The notes beneath the pieces were generated by a model. It made no database searches, had not been told where the DNA came from, and was given only the letters and a program-made list of their open reading frames with translations. A stretch of 61,681 bases of DNA, filler included, from Rhabdomonas costata (taxonomy: Eukaryota), in NCBI GenBank assembly GCA_019059605.1. It is 19 parts of 19 records of this genome, joined end to end, with 100 filler letters (N's around TTAATTAATTAA, not from the genome) between each part and the next. Parts side by side here need not be neighbours in the genome. Positions count along the whole stretch, not along the records: positions 1 to 3,153 come from JAHMHO010001281.1; positions 3,254 to 6,406 come from JAHMHO010001282.1; positions 6,507 to 9,656 come from JAHMHO010001283.1; positions 9,757 to 12,907 come from JAHMHO010001284.1; positions 13,008 to 16,158 come from JAHMHO010001285.1; 14 more parts are not named here. One strand, given 5' to 3'. The translations under genes and the position numbers were made by a program. This document shows positions 1-13,027 of the stretch, in pieces. The stretch's first letter is position 1; each line of letters begins with the position of its first letter.

Positions 1-1500
1 GTTGTTGTGAGGACCCCGACCCAGTGCCTAAACACTGACACACATACGCACACACTCTCTCTTTCAGTCTTTTCTTTCTCTTTCTCTCTCTCTCTCATCC
101 TCGCCTATCTAACCGCCCACCTCAACCACAGCTCCAGCTCCAGCTCCAACATACTCTCATATTTTTGGTGTGTGACATTTTTACACATCCTGTCTTCGAG
201 ACATGCACAATGATAGCGTGTACTCTTTTTTTTTGAGTGCGTGTATGTGGGTGGGGATTTTTCACAACAGGTTTGCTCTTCTCTTACATAGTGATACTTC
301 TCCTCTCTTGCGGTTTACCACCGCTGCATATTTTTTCACCTTTCCTGCGAGACGACCTTTTCAGCCCCCCCCCCCATTTTCGAGCCGTTGTGTCGTCTCC
401 AAAACATTCTTGCTCACCTTCTGTGCACCCTTCCTCTCCTCCTCCTCAATCGGAGGGTTCCGCATTCTCCCGGCCTAAGCACGCGGCAACTCTCTACCTT
501 CGAGCATTTGCTCTCAATTTTCCCCCTCAACAAGGCAGCGAAAGCGGATGTGTTCCGACGGTGACTCCGTGCGTTCCATGTATGCCGCAAACCACCCTCA
601 CTCCCCTAGTTCCCATTTTCCTTGCACGCGCCGCACTTCCGCTGAGGTTTTTTCCGCTGTGTGCTTTTGGTTTCCACCGCGCGGGCTGCACATGTTCGGA
701 TGAAAGCAGATGCCATTACTTAGATGGAGAGGGAAAGAAACAAGCTCTTCAAAGACCGTCACCTCCCCAGAACAACGGAGCGTCTGTGCGACCCATTCTT
801 GTGTTCGCTACGTTTCCTCACAATGCGGTGTTTTGTTAAAGAATGTCAAGTGCTTCTCCTTTTTTGGGATATAAGAGGGTCGATGGCCATATGTGCGTGC
901 CAATTCACCTTTTCCTGGCCGGGCGTTCTCAACCTGCACCTCCACCTGCAGCTCCGGTGTCGCTCTGCTGGACATCGCATTGCAGACAGAGGGGCTGACT
1001 CTTGAGGAGAAGCACAACCTGCTGCAACGGAAGTTCCTCCTTCTCAGTATACGCGCCTTGGGGTGTCAGTTGTGGGGGGTACATTTTATTTGGGATGTGA
1101 TTGTTTGGCCAAAGAGCGACGCCCACGTGTCGCGTATTTTAGATATCGAAATGCTTTTATTATGTCTAAAACTGAAAACAATCCCTCAGAATTTTCCGGT
1201 CTGTTCCCTGTCACATTGGAATTTCTGGTTCTTGGTTCCTAATAAAGCTTTGAGGATATCCTTTTACACCTAGAATGGTGCACGTTCCAGCAGATGTGTG
1301 TGATTTTTGGTTGAAGTGCAGCAGGCATTGGGAAAGTCGCAGGTTGGCCCGGTGTGGGGCGTCCATGTTCCAATATTTGGGAACTGCTGTCATAATCTTC
1401 ATTTGAGTAGCGCCTCTGAGATGTAAGTGTGCTCAGGTTAGGTGTGTATGGCAGTCCTCTGCAGCTGTGGGTTCGTCCTCCTATGTTGGGTGGCTCTCAG

Positions 1501-2700
1501 GTCGAAATCTTGTGGGCGACGTCGGCAATGACAGTGAGACGGCAGTCCCGCAGTCGGCTGCTTACCACACCCCTGTCCTTGACGTCCTCAAGTGTGCCCC
1601 ACCTCCACCCTCGACCTTTCACTCCTACTGTAGAAAAACACTACCGTAAGCGTGTTTTGTTGTTTCGGAACTAAGGGTGACCACAACCGCTGCCAGAAAG
1701 GCAAGAAAGGACGTCAAGGGGAATCGTCCCCCCGGAAATGTGAAAGAAAGCCGATTTTCTTTTCCATTACCCGATGAAAACAACTGTGAGCGGCGGTCAT
1801 CGCACGTAGAGGCGTTGCGACACAGGGAGAGGGTCGGGCTCGGTAGGGTTGGCCTTTCCTGACTGTGGTTGCAGTGGGCTTGACTCCTGCGAGGGGCTAT
1901 CCTGTGCAGCCCACTCTGACGCGGCAGCGGACCTCCCTAGCACCACCAGCAGCAGCAGCAGCAGTAGTAGCAGTAGCAGTAACAGTAGTAGCGGAGTCCC
2001 GATGCCGCCTCCTGCCATGGAGCCCATGCTGAGTCCAAGTCGGGCGCGCCTTCACTCCATGGTGCAGGTGTGCCGGCCTCTGTCTGTGTCAGTGCTTGTC
2101 GTAACACTTTTTCTTGCGGCACCTGTCCACCTCCACATACTTTTTACTCTGAGGCTCGTCCAGTAGGTGCTGCAGATTGCAAAGCAGTGGCTGGAATTAA
2201 CGAGTGAACAAGTCAGGGATTCATCCCCTCGTCTGTCCTCACAGAAGTATGAAATACATGTTACAAAAAGGTCTTTTGAACCATTTTCAACACCAGTATT
2301 GGGGTTATTTGGGAGGTGGGGTTAGTTGCAAATTGTAAGCTTTAACGTACAAGGACTGAAATTCTCACGGAAGGAGTTCATCAAAAATCAGAATATTCAA
2401 AATACAAACAAACAACATTAACCATTCATCTGTGTCTGAAGCCACATCAAGCCATCATCACATTACTCCATGAACGAGATTTTTGTTTGGACGAATTGCC
2501 TGCCAGAGACTGCCACGGAAAGGCGGCGGAAGGCTCCCTTGTTTTGTTGATGCACAGTTCGGTAGTAGCAGCATCCGCCGCTTCGATGGCCACTTGAGTC
2601 CTTCACGGCCTTTGGCGAAGGAGAATCTGCCCACACCCCCCTCGGGACCCTACCATCGCCGCTCCCCCAGCTCTCCAGTGGATAACGGGAGAGTGGTCGT
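1501..2700 (+). CDS. Partial hypothetical Ser/Pro-rich protein (candidate exons 1501-1591, 1847-2067, 2167-2211, 2507-~2700)
   Basis: Four AG/GT-bounded segments join in frame (VEILWATS...R|LAFPDCGC...poly-Ser...HSMVQ|VLQIAKQWLELTSEQ|RLPRKGG...). No recognisable domain. Confidence 0.35.
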
Positions 2701-3153
2701 GGTGTGTGTGTTCTTCTCGCAAGAATGTCATCAATGATTAGGCGAAGCAAGCTGGCCTGTGCCATTTTACCGGCAAATAACAATGATAATAATTGATTGC
2801 ACTTTATGCTTATATTTGCATAGTATCTCTTTCTTCTTCACTGTGGATCGAACTGCTCAGAACCGGTGGTAGTGGGTGCCACACTGCAATGAATCACAGG
2901 CGTCGCTTCTTCCAGTGTTCGTTTTGGTTGACACCACTCACTTCGTTGTCGTATGACAATGTTTGGACACGAAGCGGTTGTAGGGTTTCCAGGCGCCGCA
3001 ACCCAGTGGGGGCATCGGGGGTGAGCAGCGGCAGTCCTCCCTCAGCCCCTCGGACCTGCTGGAGGCGGGACGCACCCCCACCCCTCCGGAGATGCAGGTG
3101 CTATTGTCGACGGATTCCGAGGACGCTGCCTCGGCTCCGCATTCCCAACCAAC

Positions 3154-3253
3154 NNNNNNNNNNNNNNNNNNNNNNNNNNNNNNNNNNNNNNNNNNNNTTA
3201 ATTAATTAANNNNNNNNNNNNNNNNNNNNNNNNNNNNNNNNNNNNNNNNNNNN
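3154..3253. other. Artificial contig linker (44 N + TTAATTAATTAA six-frame stop + 44 N), first of 18
   Basis: Identical 100-nt linkers start at 3154, 6407, 9657, 12908, 16159, 19411, 22653, 25901, 29151, 32399, 35641, 38889, 42138, 45385, 48630, 51876, 55120 and 58443. The intervening contigs are all about 3.14-3.22 kb, consistent with a size-sorted concatenation. Confidence 0.98.
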
Positions 3254-3690
3254 TTTCGTGGTTGCGGTTTCGTGCACTCCCACTCCTCTGCGCCTCTGCT
3301 CTTCCCTCTGCTACATTATTCCCAATTCTTTCTCTCTCTGCTTCTCTGCTTCTCTGCTTCTCTGAATCGTGAACCATTGGACAATGAACGTCGTTGGCTT
3401 TCTTTCATGGTATACCAGATGTACCAAGTAGGTAGTGGTGATATTACTATTACTAGTGCTGAACGTAATGAAGGTCAAAGTCTCGAAGTCCTGGGGTTTG
3501 GTCAAGTTAGTGCGAAGGAATAAAGAACAATAAACGTTTTGAAATTCTGAAAACGTTCCAAAACGCCCTGTTTTTTGTTTTAAAACGTTTTTTGTTCAAC
3601 CTGTGTCACAATGTGGTCGAAGAATACCTTTCAAAGGACGTCTCAGCCTCACCCTCACCCTCAGACCGCTGCCACCATTACACCGCACAG

Positions 3691-6322
3691 ACCCAGTGGC
3701 GATTACTTACTGCGAGCGCTTTGTGGAGTTCCTGAACGACCTGCTGTCCCAGCTTCCGACCCGTCGGTTCTTCCGGGCCTACCTGGAAGACTGCCACACC
3801 TACGTGGAGTGTCTCCTCTCCCAGCTGTATCGCATGCCTGAGGAGGGCAGGTACGCCTTCCAGCGGCCATCCCCTATTTGGTCCACAGGTGCCAGGGAAG
3901 GTTTTTGGCCAAAAACAACACTATTTTTAAGGGCCCAGGCTCCCTGGTAGGGTTAAGTTTGTTAAATGCCCCCCCTTTTATTGCAACGCTAGAAAGAAGA
4001 TTTTTATAGCGATGCTATATATTTTGAAAAATTCAAAAAATTTACAGTGGTGCCTTAAAAGTTTTTCAAAATCGAAAATTGTTATAGCGATGATATAAAA
4101 ATTTCCATTTTTATCACGACGCTAAAGAATTCTTTTCACACATTTTCGGCGACGCTGTGAACTGTTGGGTCGAGTAAATTTTTTGCTTGTCCGAGAGGTC
4201 TTGAGCCCAAGATCCAAGCTGCTAGTGCGCTGCAGTCTCCGAAAAGGGTCCCCGAGGTGAGTTTATTTGGTCTCACAGGGGCGGTTCACTTGTTTTGGCA
4301 GCACTTTTCTTTTGCAGTGCTAAGTATTTTTCGCTATAAAATTTTGCACATTTTTATGGCACAAATTATCTTAATCATTTGTTTTTTTTGGAATTTTCTA
4401 TAGCGTCGCATCAGATTTTTATAGCGGTGCTATTTATAGCGATCACTGATTTTTATTGCATCGCTATAGAATAAGTTTTAAGGGGAATTTTTTATTTCAC
4501 CGCTATAGGGGGTGCCGCTAAAAAAACAAGTTCCCCTGGTGCGGTGTGGGAGTGGGGGGCGGGTCTGTGAAAGGGTTTTAAGTACATCTTCGATGAATTG
4601 GAATTATCAGCAAAAATTACCGACGATAGCGTTTGCTAGCGCACGCTCGGGAGATGGGAGGAGCAAATGCAATCGAACTAGACCCGTTGGTCGAGCTCGG
4701 TAGCATGTGCAATTGGACCACTAACATTGGCTCGGTAGCAGTTGGGGTAGCATTTGGTGCATTTCACGGTTCAATCCCACTCTATTTTCCGGCTGGACCA
4801 TAGCGTCCCAGGGAACCCCATATGAGGGGGCGGTCTGTGTGGTTCCGCTGGGAGCCGTGGGTGCAAGCTAAGCACACAACACCCAAGTTTCTTCGGTCGC
4901 CGCAGTTCAGGACAATGTTTATGGCTGAAAACGAGTTCTGAGCTCTTTGACGCATCACAGCGTCCCAGACGGCGTGAAACCTCACTGGGAACTGGAGCAG
5001 TGCTGTGTGAACGCCAAGAGCGGGGAATGATAGAGTTTTGTATGAACTCTTGTTTCCAATTGTTGGTGTGCAACATGAATCCTTTCCTATGCAGCTCTGA
5101 GGGGGCATGTCGTGTGCAGCATGACGATTTCCTCTTCCAAAAACCAGGATGTTTCGGGACCTCCTCGGCATCACGAGGTTCTATCTGGGCTTCGAAATTG
5201 ACGATTTCAGCGGAGAAGCGTTGGACAATAACCAGATCAAGCAGATTCACACCCGAAAGTTGATCGTGTTCCAGGTTTGTTGCGCGCTCGCATGGGCTCA
5301 TCCATTCGTAAACTTTTTGTTGTTGCCCAGGCGGCTGTTGATGCCACACACGACCTGAGACCTTCCGTTATCTTCATCTGCGCCTGCTTTGTGAACCTCT
5401 CTTTGCCCTCACTGAGGAGTGAGATGAATTTACCCGAAATAAATCCCTCTCGCAGGTTGTTCAGTTTTTTATTTGTGTTCGTGTGCTCTTTGGACGACCC
5501 AAAATTCAAGCTGCCTCACCTAAATTATTAGCTGTTGTCTTTTCACTAACCCCTGAGGTGCCTCTTCCCTGTCAACTGTTGTGTTATGTCTGTCGTGTTT
5601 GCCCAATTTTTCAGTTTCATCTACGTTTGGTCGACTGCTGCATTTTATGGTGAAACTTGTTTCGCTTTTCCTTTCGAACCTGTTTTCTTGGTGCTTTGCG
5701 TGCAATCCCTGACTCACGGGCACCTGAACTGTTGCGATTGCTTTGTGCGACAGCAAAGAAAAAAGTAACGGAAAAAAGCAAAGGGGGCAAGTTGGGGGCA
5801 CAGTCTTTCGCTATCCCCTTTGGCAAAGCCAACCCTCTTTTACACCGCTCAGAGGGTGTGCTGGAAGTTCTTCCGTGACGCGCTGCGGGACCTGGCGATG
5901 TGCAACCTGGGGCTCCTGGAGGTGCGCAAAGCCTTGAGGCCGTACCTCGAAAGGCAGCCCCCGGCTCTGCTGAGGGAGCTGTGCGGTCGATTGGCCCTTC
6001 TGGGGCCGGCGCCCCACCAGAGCGCCACCAAGGCATCGCCATCCATCCCCACTATACATCCTTGGTGGAAAGGTTGGAAAGCAGCAGCTTATAAACTCCC
6101 CGGTTTCTACTTTCGTCGGGCGGACATTGTATTTTTGTAAAATTTATGGTGGCTGAGGGTGGGCGACAGAGCCGGCAACCCGGTGCACCTGCCTCTCCTT
6201 TGCTTTGGACTTAGAGCGAGGAGCAGCGGCTGGACTTCTTGCTCGAGGTGCTGCTGCTTCATCACGAGAAGCGAGTCTCGCAGTTGGATGCCATAAACGC
6301 GCTGCCGCTGTACCCGAACGAG
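3691..6322 (+). CDS. AQR: Intron-binding spliceosomal helicase Aquarius, N-terminal region, partial (exons 3691-3850, 5148-5274, 5853-6032, 6215-6322)
   Basis: The spliced peptide YCERFVEFLNDLLSQLPTRRFF...RFYLGFEIDDFSGEAL...FLLEVLLLHHEKRVSQLDAINALPLYPNE matches Aquarius N-terminal motifs (YCERF..LPTRR, FY.GFEI, HE.R.SQ...N..PLYP.E). Phases are consistent; intron 3 has a GC donor at 6033. Confidence 0.93.
3892..4539. mobile_element. Putative non-autonomous DNA transposon (MITE-like) in Aquarius intron 1
   Basis: AT-rich block with imperfect terminal inverted repeats (ccagggaaggttttt ... aaaaacaagttcccctgg) and about 9-10 degenerate copies of a TATAGCGnCGCTATA palindrome clustered toward both ends. 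No target-site duplication could be identified. Confidence 0.45.
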
Positions 6323-7000
6323 GTGCGAAATTTTCGAGTCCCCCATCCCTTGCGCTCTTCTCTTCCAGCTCTGTGCATCCCCCACCACTCAAACTCACCC
6401 AACACANNNNNNNNNNNNNNNNNNNNNNNNNNNNNNNNNNNNNNNNNNNNTTAATTAATTAANNNNNNNNNNNNNNNNNNNNNNNNNNNNNNNNNNNNNN
6501 NNNNNNGTTGTGGTTTCCAAAACGGAAGTGCCGAAACCACCAGAAGCTTGCCCAAGCTCAAGCATGCATGAGCCATCTTCTCATTTTGACGTGGTCAAGC
6601 GACAACTTTGAGATGTGCATCGTTTTGCATGTGTTTGCCAATACCACGTTAAGAGTTAGAGTTGGAAGCGGTGCAAAAGAGCGATTCGGACAGGGGGACA
6701 GGGCACGGGGGTTACGGATAGTAAAAAAAAAGTCTCATATCGTAAACCATGTCAGCGTACTTGCGTTTGTGGGTTTGAAGCTATTGAGTTCAGTTCATCT
6801 TTTGTGGATTACCGATGTTTCCAGATGTGCAGGTGACCATAGCTTTAGGTTTTCTTCTCATGGTGGACATGACACGGGCTATACCTATTAGAGTGGTTGG
6901 AGCAAATCCAGCGCTGATTGTATCGCAATGGATCACCAGAGTAGAGGGAGAGAGGGAGGGCGAATTGAGGAGAGGAGAAGAGGTGGGGAGGTAGAGAGAC

Positions 7001-9379
7001 CCGCTAGCTCCAGGGCCAGCATGGTGTTGGAGGAGCGGCTGCCCTTGAAGCAGATCACTGTCACTGGGGTGTCCAGATTGTCCACCGCGTGAGCCCGGAG
7101 CTCAGCCCGGATGTCCTCCGCGGGGGCGAAGGTGGAGGCCCCGCTCTCGGAGGTGCGCAGGAAGCGGTACCACTCCGACCACACCGCGCCAGGCCACCGA
7201 CCCTGAAGGGCACCCCCCGCTCAACATATCAGCTCAGACGCACCGGCACTACACTTTCTGCCCAAATGAGGCATTGCTCAGGGATTCCAATTCATTCATA
7301 TTTCTTTTTCGTATTTTCGGCATCGCTCCAGGATTTTCGTTTTTCTCACTGCCACTCCACGGCGCATCCGAGTATATGCACAGAGTCCTCAAAAGTGGTC
7401 AGTGCTGGGGTACCCAGACCTTGAGGAGACCTTTGTCTAACTGCGGGTTTCCAACAGGTTCAATTGCAGGGCTTTGCCGAAGGAGGCCTGGGGTCTTTTG
7501 CATACACAGCAGGCTTCCCGAAAGGGCTTCTGCGTATTTTGCTTGCTTTTGTCTTTCTGTTTTTGTATTTTGCCCAAAAATCTCATTCGTATCTTCTTTT
7601 CGTATTGTCAGGTTCACAAAAATATGGGGACTCTTTTCTGAGCACAGTGAATGGTTTTTACACCCGTGCTGAATCTGTGCTTCAGTGACAGCACAAGACG
7701 CGCCGTTGTTTCGTTGGTTTGTTCTGACCCACCGAACCACCGCGGCTCCCCCTTTGTGCGGGGGAGCCATTTTGCGGGGTAGTGATGTGCTTTCGAAGAC
7801 GAAAACCAGGGCTTTCGACCTCATTCCCCACCATCTATTGTCTCCTTTCTTTTCCTATGCTTTGGCTGACTGCTGTGAACAATCCCGAAACATATTCCTC
7901 TTTAGCAGGCTACTTTTTGCAAATTAGCACTAGAGGTGGTTGTGTCGTTTTGTCTCTGCCACTTGTGCGCGTGTGGTGGTAGAACTCTCTGCTGCCCTTT
8001 TCGGGGCGAAGTCGATGCCGTCCTTGTCGTACGGCGAGCTGGTTGTGCCCAGCCACTCCGCGCGGTCCCGCACGTCCAGCAGCAGGTGCTGGGCCGGGCT
8101 GAGCTTGCCGGTCTGGTAGCCCTGCACGAGGGCCAGGACGTCCTCCCGGGTGGCCATCAGCTCAGGCACCACGCGGGGCGTGAACTGGCACCGCGGGCGC
8201 GACGAGGGCTGCACCCCACCACCACCACCTCCCCACTCAAAGCAACCAAAAAGTTCATCTAGCAGTATCATTTTCTTGAATCCCGAAACCACGGCAATAA
8301 TTTGAGCCCAAACTCAACCCTTGAACGCGAGGCACTGCTCCGACTGTTCCAACACTGGTCACGGAGCAGCATAGTCCTGGTCATAACGAGCCGTCAGAAC
8401 ACCGCTCATTGACCACAGCTTCTCACGTATGTTATGTGGGCACCTACGAGAGGACTTTTGGAGCAGGTGGCACCCACATCCACACGCAGGGCATGCACCT
8501 CCTTGCTGAGGGGAAACTGCAGGCGAGTCCAGGCCTCCAGGGCGCCGTTCAGCACACTGACCTCCCGCACACCCAGGTAGCGCAGCAGAAAGCGCCCGCG
8601 GCAGCTTTGGCCAAACCCCACCTTGAGGCCCTGCTCGTACACCACCACGCGGTTCCCAACCTCCACCCCAACCTCGCCCAGCTTCGCCGCAAAGTGCTCC
8701 TCAAGGGCCTTACGGGACCCACCCACACACTATATCCTCCCTCGCAAGGCTTTCGCTTTTTTCTTAAAAATTAAAATCAAGAGCAACAGCTCTTCAGCGC
8801 TTGTCTATGCACAGTGTCAGTGCGCAAACACCCCAACCCGCCAGAGTTGTGCTTGAACAGGCACAATGATACATTTCCCCTCCCGCTCTTAAGCGAAGCC
8901 ATCACAATAAAAGGAGACCGAAACCAGCAGCCAGCAGAATTCGCATCAGAAGTTAGTCGCCAGTCACCCGAGAGCCCTTCCCCGCCTCAGCTAAAGACCC
9001 CCGCTCTCAGCTGAAGAAAAGCGCGGTGCCCGAAAGGGAACCGGTTTTTAGAGAAAGAAGAAATACCAAAGTAAGTGAAGGGGGACATATTATAGGAGTT
9101 CGGCGATGAGATGAGGAATAAAATGAAACTAAAAACCAGAGACAGCCTTGTTGTCTGACAACCCTCGGGAATTTCGTTCCGTCTCGACTTTTCTTTGGCT
9201 CGCTCCCTCGCCCGAGGCACCAAATTGCTCCACACACATGGTGTGCAGCAGACCTTCAGGCCCGCTTCGGTGGTCGTTGCGAGGTATGTAAAGATGTCGT
9301 GGACATTCACGGCGCCAGGGATGTGCCCCTCCGCGTAGTCTGTGGGGCTGCGGCTGTCCACAACCACGAGGTTGCTGTC
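7001..9379 (-). CDS. Tandem-domain rhodanese/sulfurtransferase, bacterial type, partial (exons 9379-9254, 8708-8499, 8208-7996, 7202-7001)
   Basis: VVVDSRSPTDYAEGHIPGAVNV, VLNGALEAW, LLDVRDRAEW, GRWPGAVW and the active-site loop ICFKGSRSS. Exons join in phase 0; GC donor at 7995. Confidence 0.9.
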
Positions 9380-10008
9380 CTGCACATACACATAAGTCCG
9401 TCGGCTGTCGTGTGATACGTTGGTGTGGAAGGCGTCAAAATGAGGCGACGGGTCATCCTCAATTCGGTCGTCATTATGGTGCATGTGAACCAAACTCGAT
9501 CCGCTTGTATTGCACACTCACCTTGTATTGCAGGCACAGCCGATGAACGATGATGCATCATCACCACAGTCGCCCGAGAACTAATCAGGAAAGGGATTGC
9601 ATTTGCAACAAGATGGACGAAAAATCTTCGGAAGAGCAACAAACGAGTCGAGCCAANNNNNNNNNNNNNNNNNNNNNNNNNNNNNNNNNNNNNNNNNNNN
9701 TTAATTAATTAANNNNNNNNNNNNNNNNNNNNNNNNNNNNNNNNNNNNNNNNNNNNCTTTTGATTTCGTGCGGGGGTGGTTTTGCCACTTCATCGTGCTC
9801 AGATCGATGTACCATCTCCTACGTTTGGAATTAAAACCCATCTGTATATATGATTACTCCCTGTACAATGGAGTCCGACTGAAGACGTTTGGTTTTGTAT
9901 GTCTGTTCAGGCCGATCCATCAACATCCTTGGTCAAGAGAAACTACGCCGCATTTCTTATTCGGCTCCATATGCGCATCTGAGTTTCCACGCCTGCATTT
10001 GTTTCAAG

Positions 10009-11178
10009 GCGGTTGAGATAACTGTAGGGGCAGAGAGTGGCCTGACCCTTCCTGGGCTGCTGCAGTATTATCTTGTGCTGGAAGAACGGGAGAAAATTCC
10101 CCAGCTGCTGAGAATTCTGGAAACCCAGCCCTTCCTGCGCTGCGTTGTGTTCTGCCGAGCCCCGGCAACCTGTGTGGCCCTGGCCAGCACTATAAAGCAG
10201 CAGCAACCCTCTGTTGCGGCCTTCACGGAGATGGAGGAGGACCGTGTGCGGCACTTCCGGAGAATCTGCGGCCCCGAGGCATCCTCGGTGGTTGTCACGA
10301 CAAACATCCTGGCTCGAGGTCTGCAGCTGCAGTGCTGTGACCTGGTGGTGCAGTACGACCTGGCGGAGACCCCGGAGACCTACCTTCACAGGGCGAGTGT
10401 CGTTTTGTGATCCCCCCCCCTCCCGAGCTCTGTTGTGCACGGCTCCGTTATAATAGCCAAAACGTACCATATATTAGGTTGCTGTGAGAATGTGCTTCTC
10501 AGTGCCCCCGCGCACTTTGCGGTTTCTGCCTTGCCCACTCCATTCTAACCCAATTCTCCTTCGCAACTATTCCCGCCCCACAAATAATCCTTCGCGCGCT
10601 TATTTTCCATCGTTTCTTGCTTACTGTGTCTGTGTCTGCGACTACCACGCCTCCTGCACTCTTACTGATGTGATGATGATGATGAGAAGTTTCTACGAAC
10701 GTGCGTTTTGTCAGAACTTGTTTGTCCGACGTTGTTCTGCTTTTTCAGCCTATTGTAATTGCCTTTGAAGCGCTCAGAAATGCTCATACAGTGGAAATTG
10801 GTTTCTTGCAATTGTCTCCTCGTCTTTCAGGTGGGGCGATGTGGTCGGTTCGGGTCGAAAGGGTTGTGCATCGCGTTCGTGTCCAGCCAGGAGAATGTCA
10901 ATGTGATGAAGCAGGTTTGCTGGCAAGCCTCATGGTTTCCAACTGCTCTGCTTGCCCATCCAAATTATGGACTGTGACATTGTTCATGCTTTGGATTGTT
11001 TCACATTTCCCTTCGTTTGGGTGGCTTTTGCAACGGTGACTAGGCACCCTCTCTCACGGTTCAAAGAGGCACTTCAGAAACGAACGATTTTCTGCTGCAC
11101 GTCTGCTTGAATAGGTTCGAACCCGATTTTCGGCAGACCTGCAAAAATACACTGCCCCAGTACCACGAAGCGCCTACA
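10009..11178 (+). CDS. DEAD-box RNA helicase C-terminal domain, divergent UAP56/DDX39-like, partial (exons 10009-10392, 10831-10914, 11115-~11178)
   Basis: LTLPGLLQYY, CVVFC (motif IV), TTNILARG (motif V) and YLHR|VGRCGRFGSKGLCIAFVS (motif VI spanning a GC-AG intron). The GRFG.KG.I.FVS tail resembles UAP56/eIF4A. Confidence 0.8.
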
Positions 11179-13027
11179 GTATGCCCTTTTTAGCTATTGC
11201 GTTATTTGGGTTGTTTTTTCTGTGCCAATCCCACATCCCTTTGTTTCATGGGCCTTTCTTTGTTATCATCAGGTTACATCATGGGCGGGGGTGAATTTGC
11301 GTGTTGCAGCTCAAAGTTATCCCTTCACGTTGAATCTGTCTGGGCTAAATTTGGAGCCGGGTTCGCTTCGCTGAGGGATTCATGATCATATTGCCCTTTA
11401 TCTCGCCCCACTCCAAGGATGATGCGCTCTGCCGCGCCGTCACTGGGGAGCAGTGCTTTTATTTTTGCGCTTTTCATTTAACACAGCTTTGTTCCTCATC
11501 TTTTTGTGCTCTTCAGCCTGAATACAGCCCGAAGGTCGCAGTACTGTGCAGCCCGTGCAGCAGGTGTTTTGGCCGGTGGTGCTTGCAATGGCTGAAAAGA
11601 GGCTATCTCGTCGTATCACTACTGTGTCGTTTGTAACGTTTTTCACGTTCGACATGACGTTGTGGACATGACGTCTTCTTTGAAGTATTCTAAATGTTTT
11701 TGCTCATCGTGCGCTCGACGTTGTTGCTTTGCCACCAAGGAGAAAGGGGGCTTCATCCCTCAGAAATGCCCATTGGGTTAATGGGCACTCGACTCTTCCC
11801 GCGGAATTTCGAGATCGAGATGCGCTTTTGCACAAATTGCGTTTTATCATCCTCAGTTCCGGTTTATGAAAAACTCGATCCTTTTACCCGGCGTTGTATG
11901 GAACCTCATCGCAGTAGTGTGGGGTTGTTTTTGAGAGAGCGGAGACAAACGCTGTGCTGCCTTCCCGTTTACTATGGAATCGTTTGTATGAATAGTAGTG
12001 GCGCAGCATATGTGTGAAACCGAACCCTAAACTTGGAGGCGGTTCCCTTAATTTTCAAATACATCTTCCTCCAACGTCTCCCGAGAAAGATAATCAGACC
12101 GGTAACCTTCACACAGTCCGGCAACACGCAAGCACGAATTCTTCCCTTTGGTATTCAGTGTGCATAATCTGTTTTCGTTTGGAACATGCCTGTGGTTTAC
12201 GTGACTTCGGAAATTCCGGTGAAGGTGAAGGCTGTGGAGGCCGTTGCAGTGCCCTCTGGCTACACCGTTAAGGGTCTTTCCGTCGCGTCAGGCGTGACCA
12301 TTGCTCTGGCGTTACTGGCCCCTCTCTTTTCTGTGTGCTAACTTGGACCTGGAATTATTGTGCGTATTGTTTCATAGCTTCTCAACGGTCTAGATGGGAA
12401 CTCGGCCATTTTGACAGTCCGGCCGCTTGGTCGCTTTGGCAGCGCGATCAAGAGCTTTGCTTTGCACGACTCTCTCTGCGGACAGTAAGATAGATAAAAA
12501 TTTCCATTCTATTTCTTTTTTTTTACTTTTCAATGGTCATATTTTGAGCTTTATTGTTTATATGTCTACGAGACGCTTGAAATGGTATTGTTATACCTGC
12601 TAGGTTGTCCTCCCCCTGTGAAATCTAGTCTACAACCCAGAAGAAAGTTGCTAATGGACCTCAGCCGGATATTGTTACTGTTTGTAGCTCCCACACGCAC
12701 TTGACAGTTGTGGTGCGCATGTCCCCGAGTTGAGGTTCTTGGGTCTGCGATGATGACCCGGGTTCGCACCACCCTCTTCGCGCGTATGCCGTGAACTTGA
12801 CAGTATATGGAGGTGGGGCGCAGGAACTTAAAAGTAGTGCGTGTACAAGCACACGGATTCTTGAACGTTACCGTCCCGAACTGAGGCAAAACCCCCCACC
12901 AACAACCNNNNNNNNNNNNNNNNNNNNNNNNNNNNNNNNNNNNNNNNNNNNTTAATTAATTAANNNNNNNNNNNNNNNNNNNNNNNNNNNNNNNNNNNNN
13001 NNNNNNNTGTTGGGGGGGGTGCTGCAG

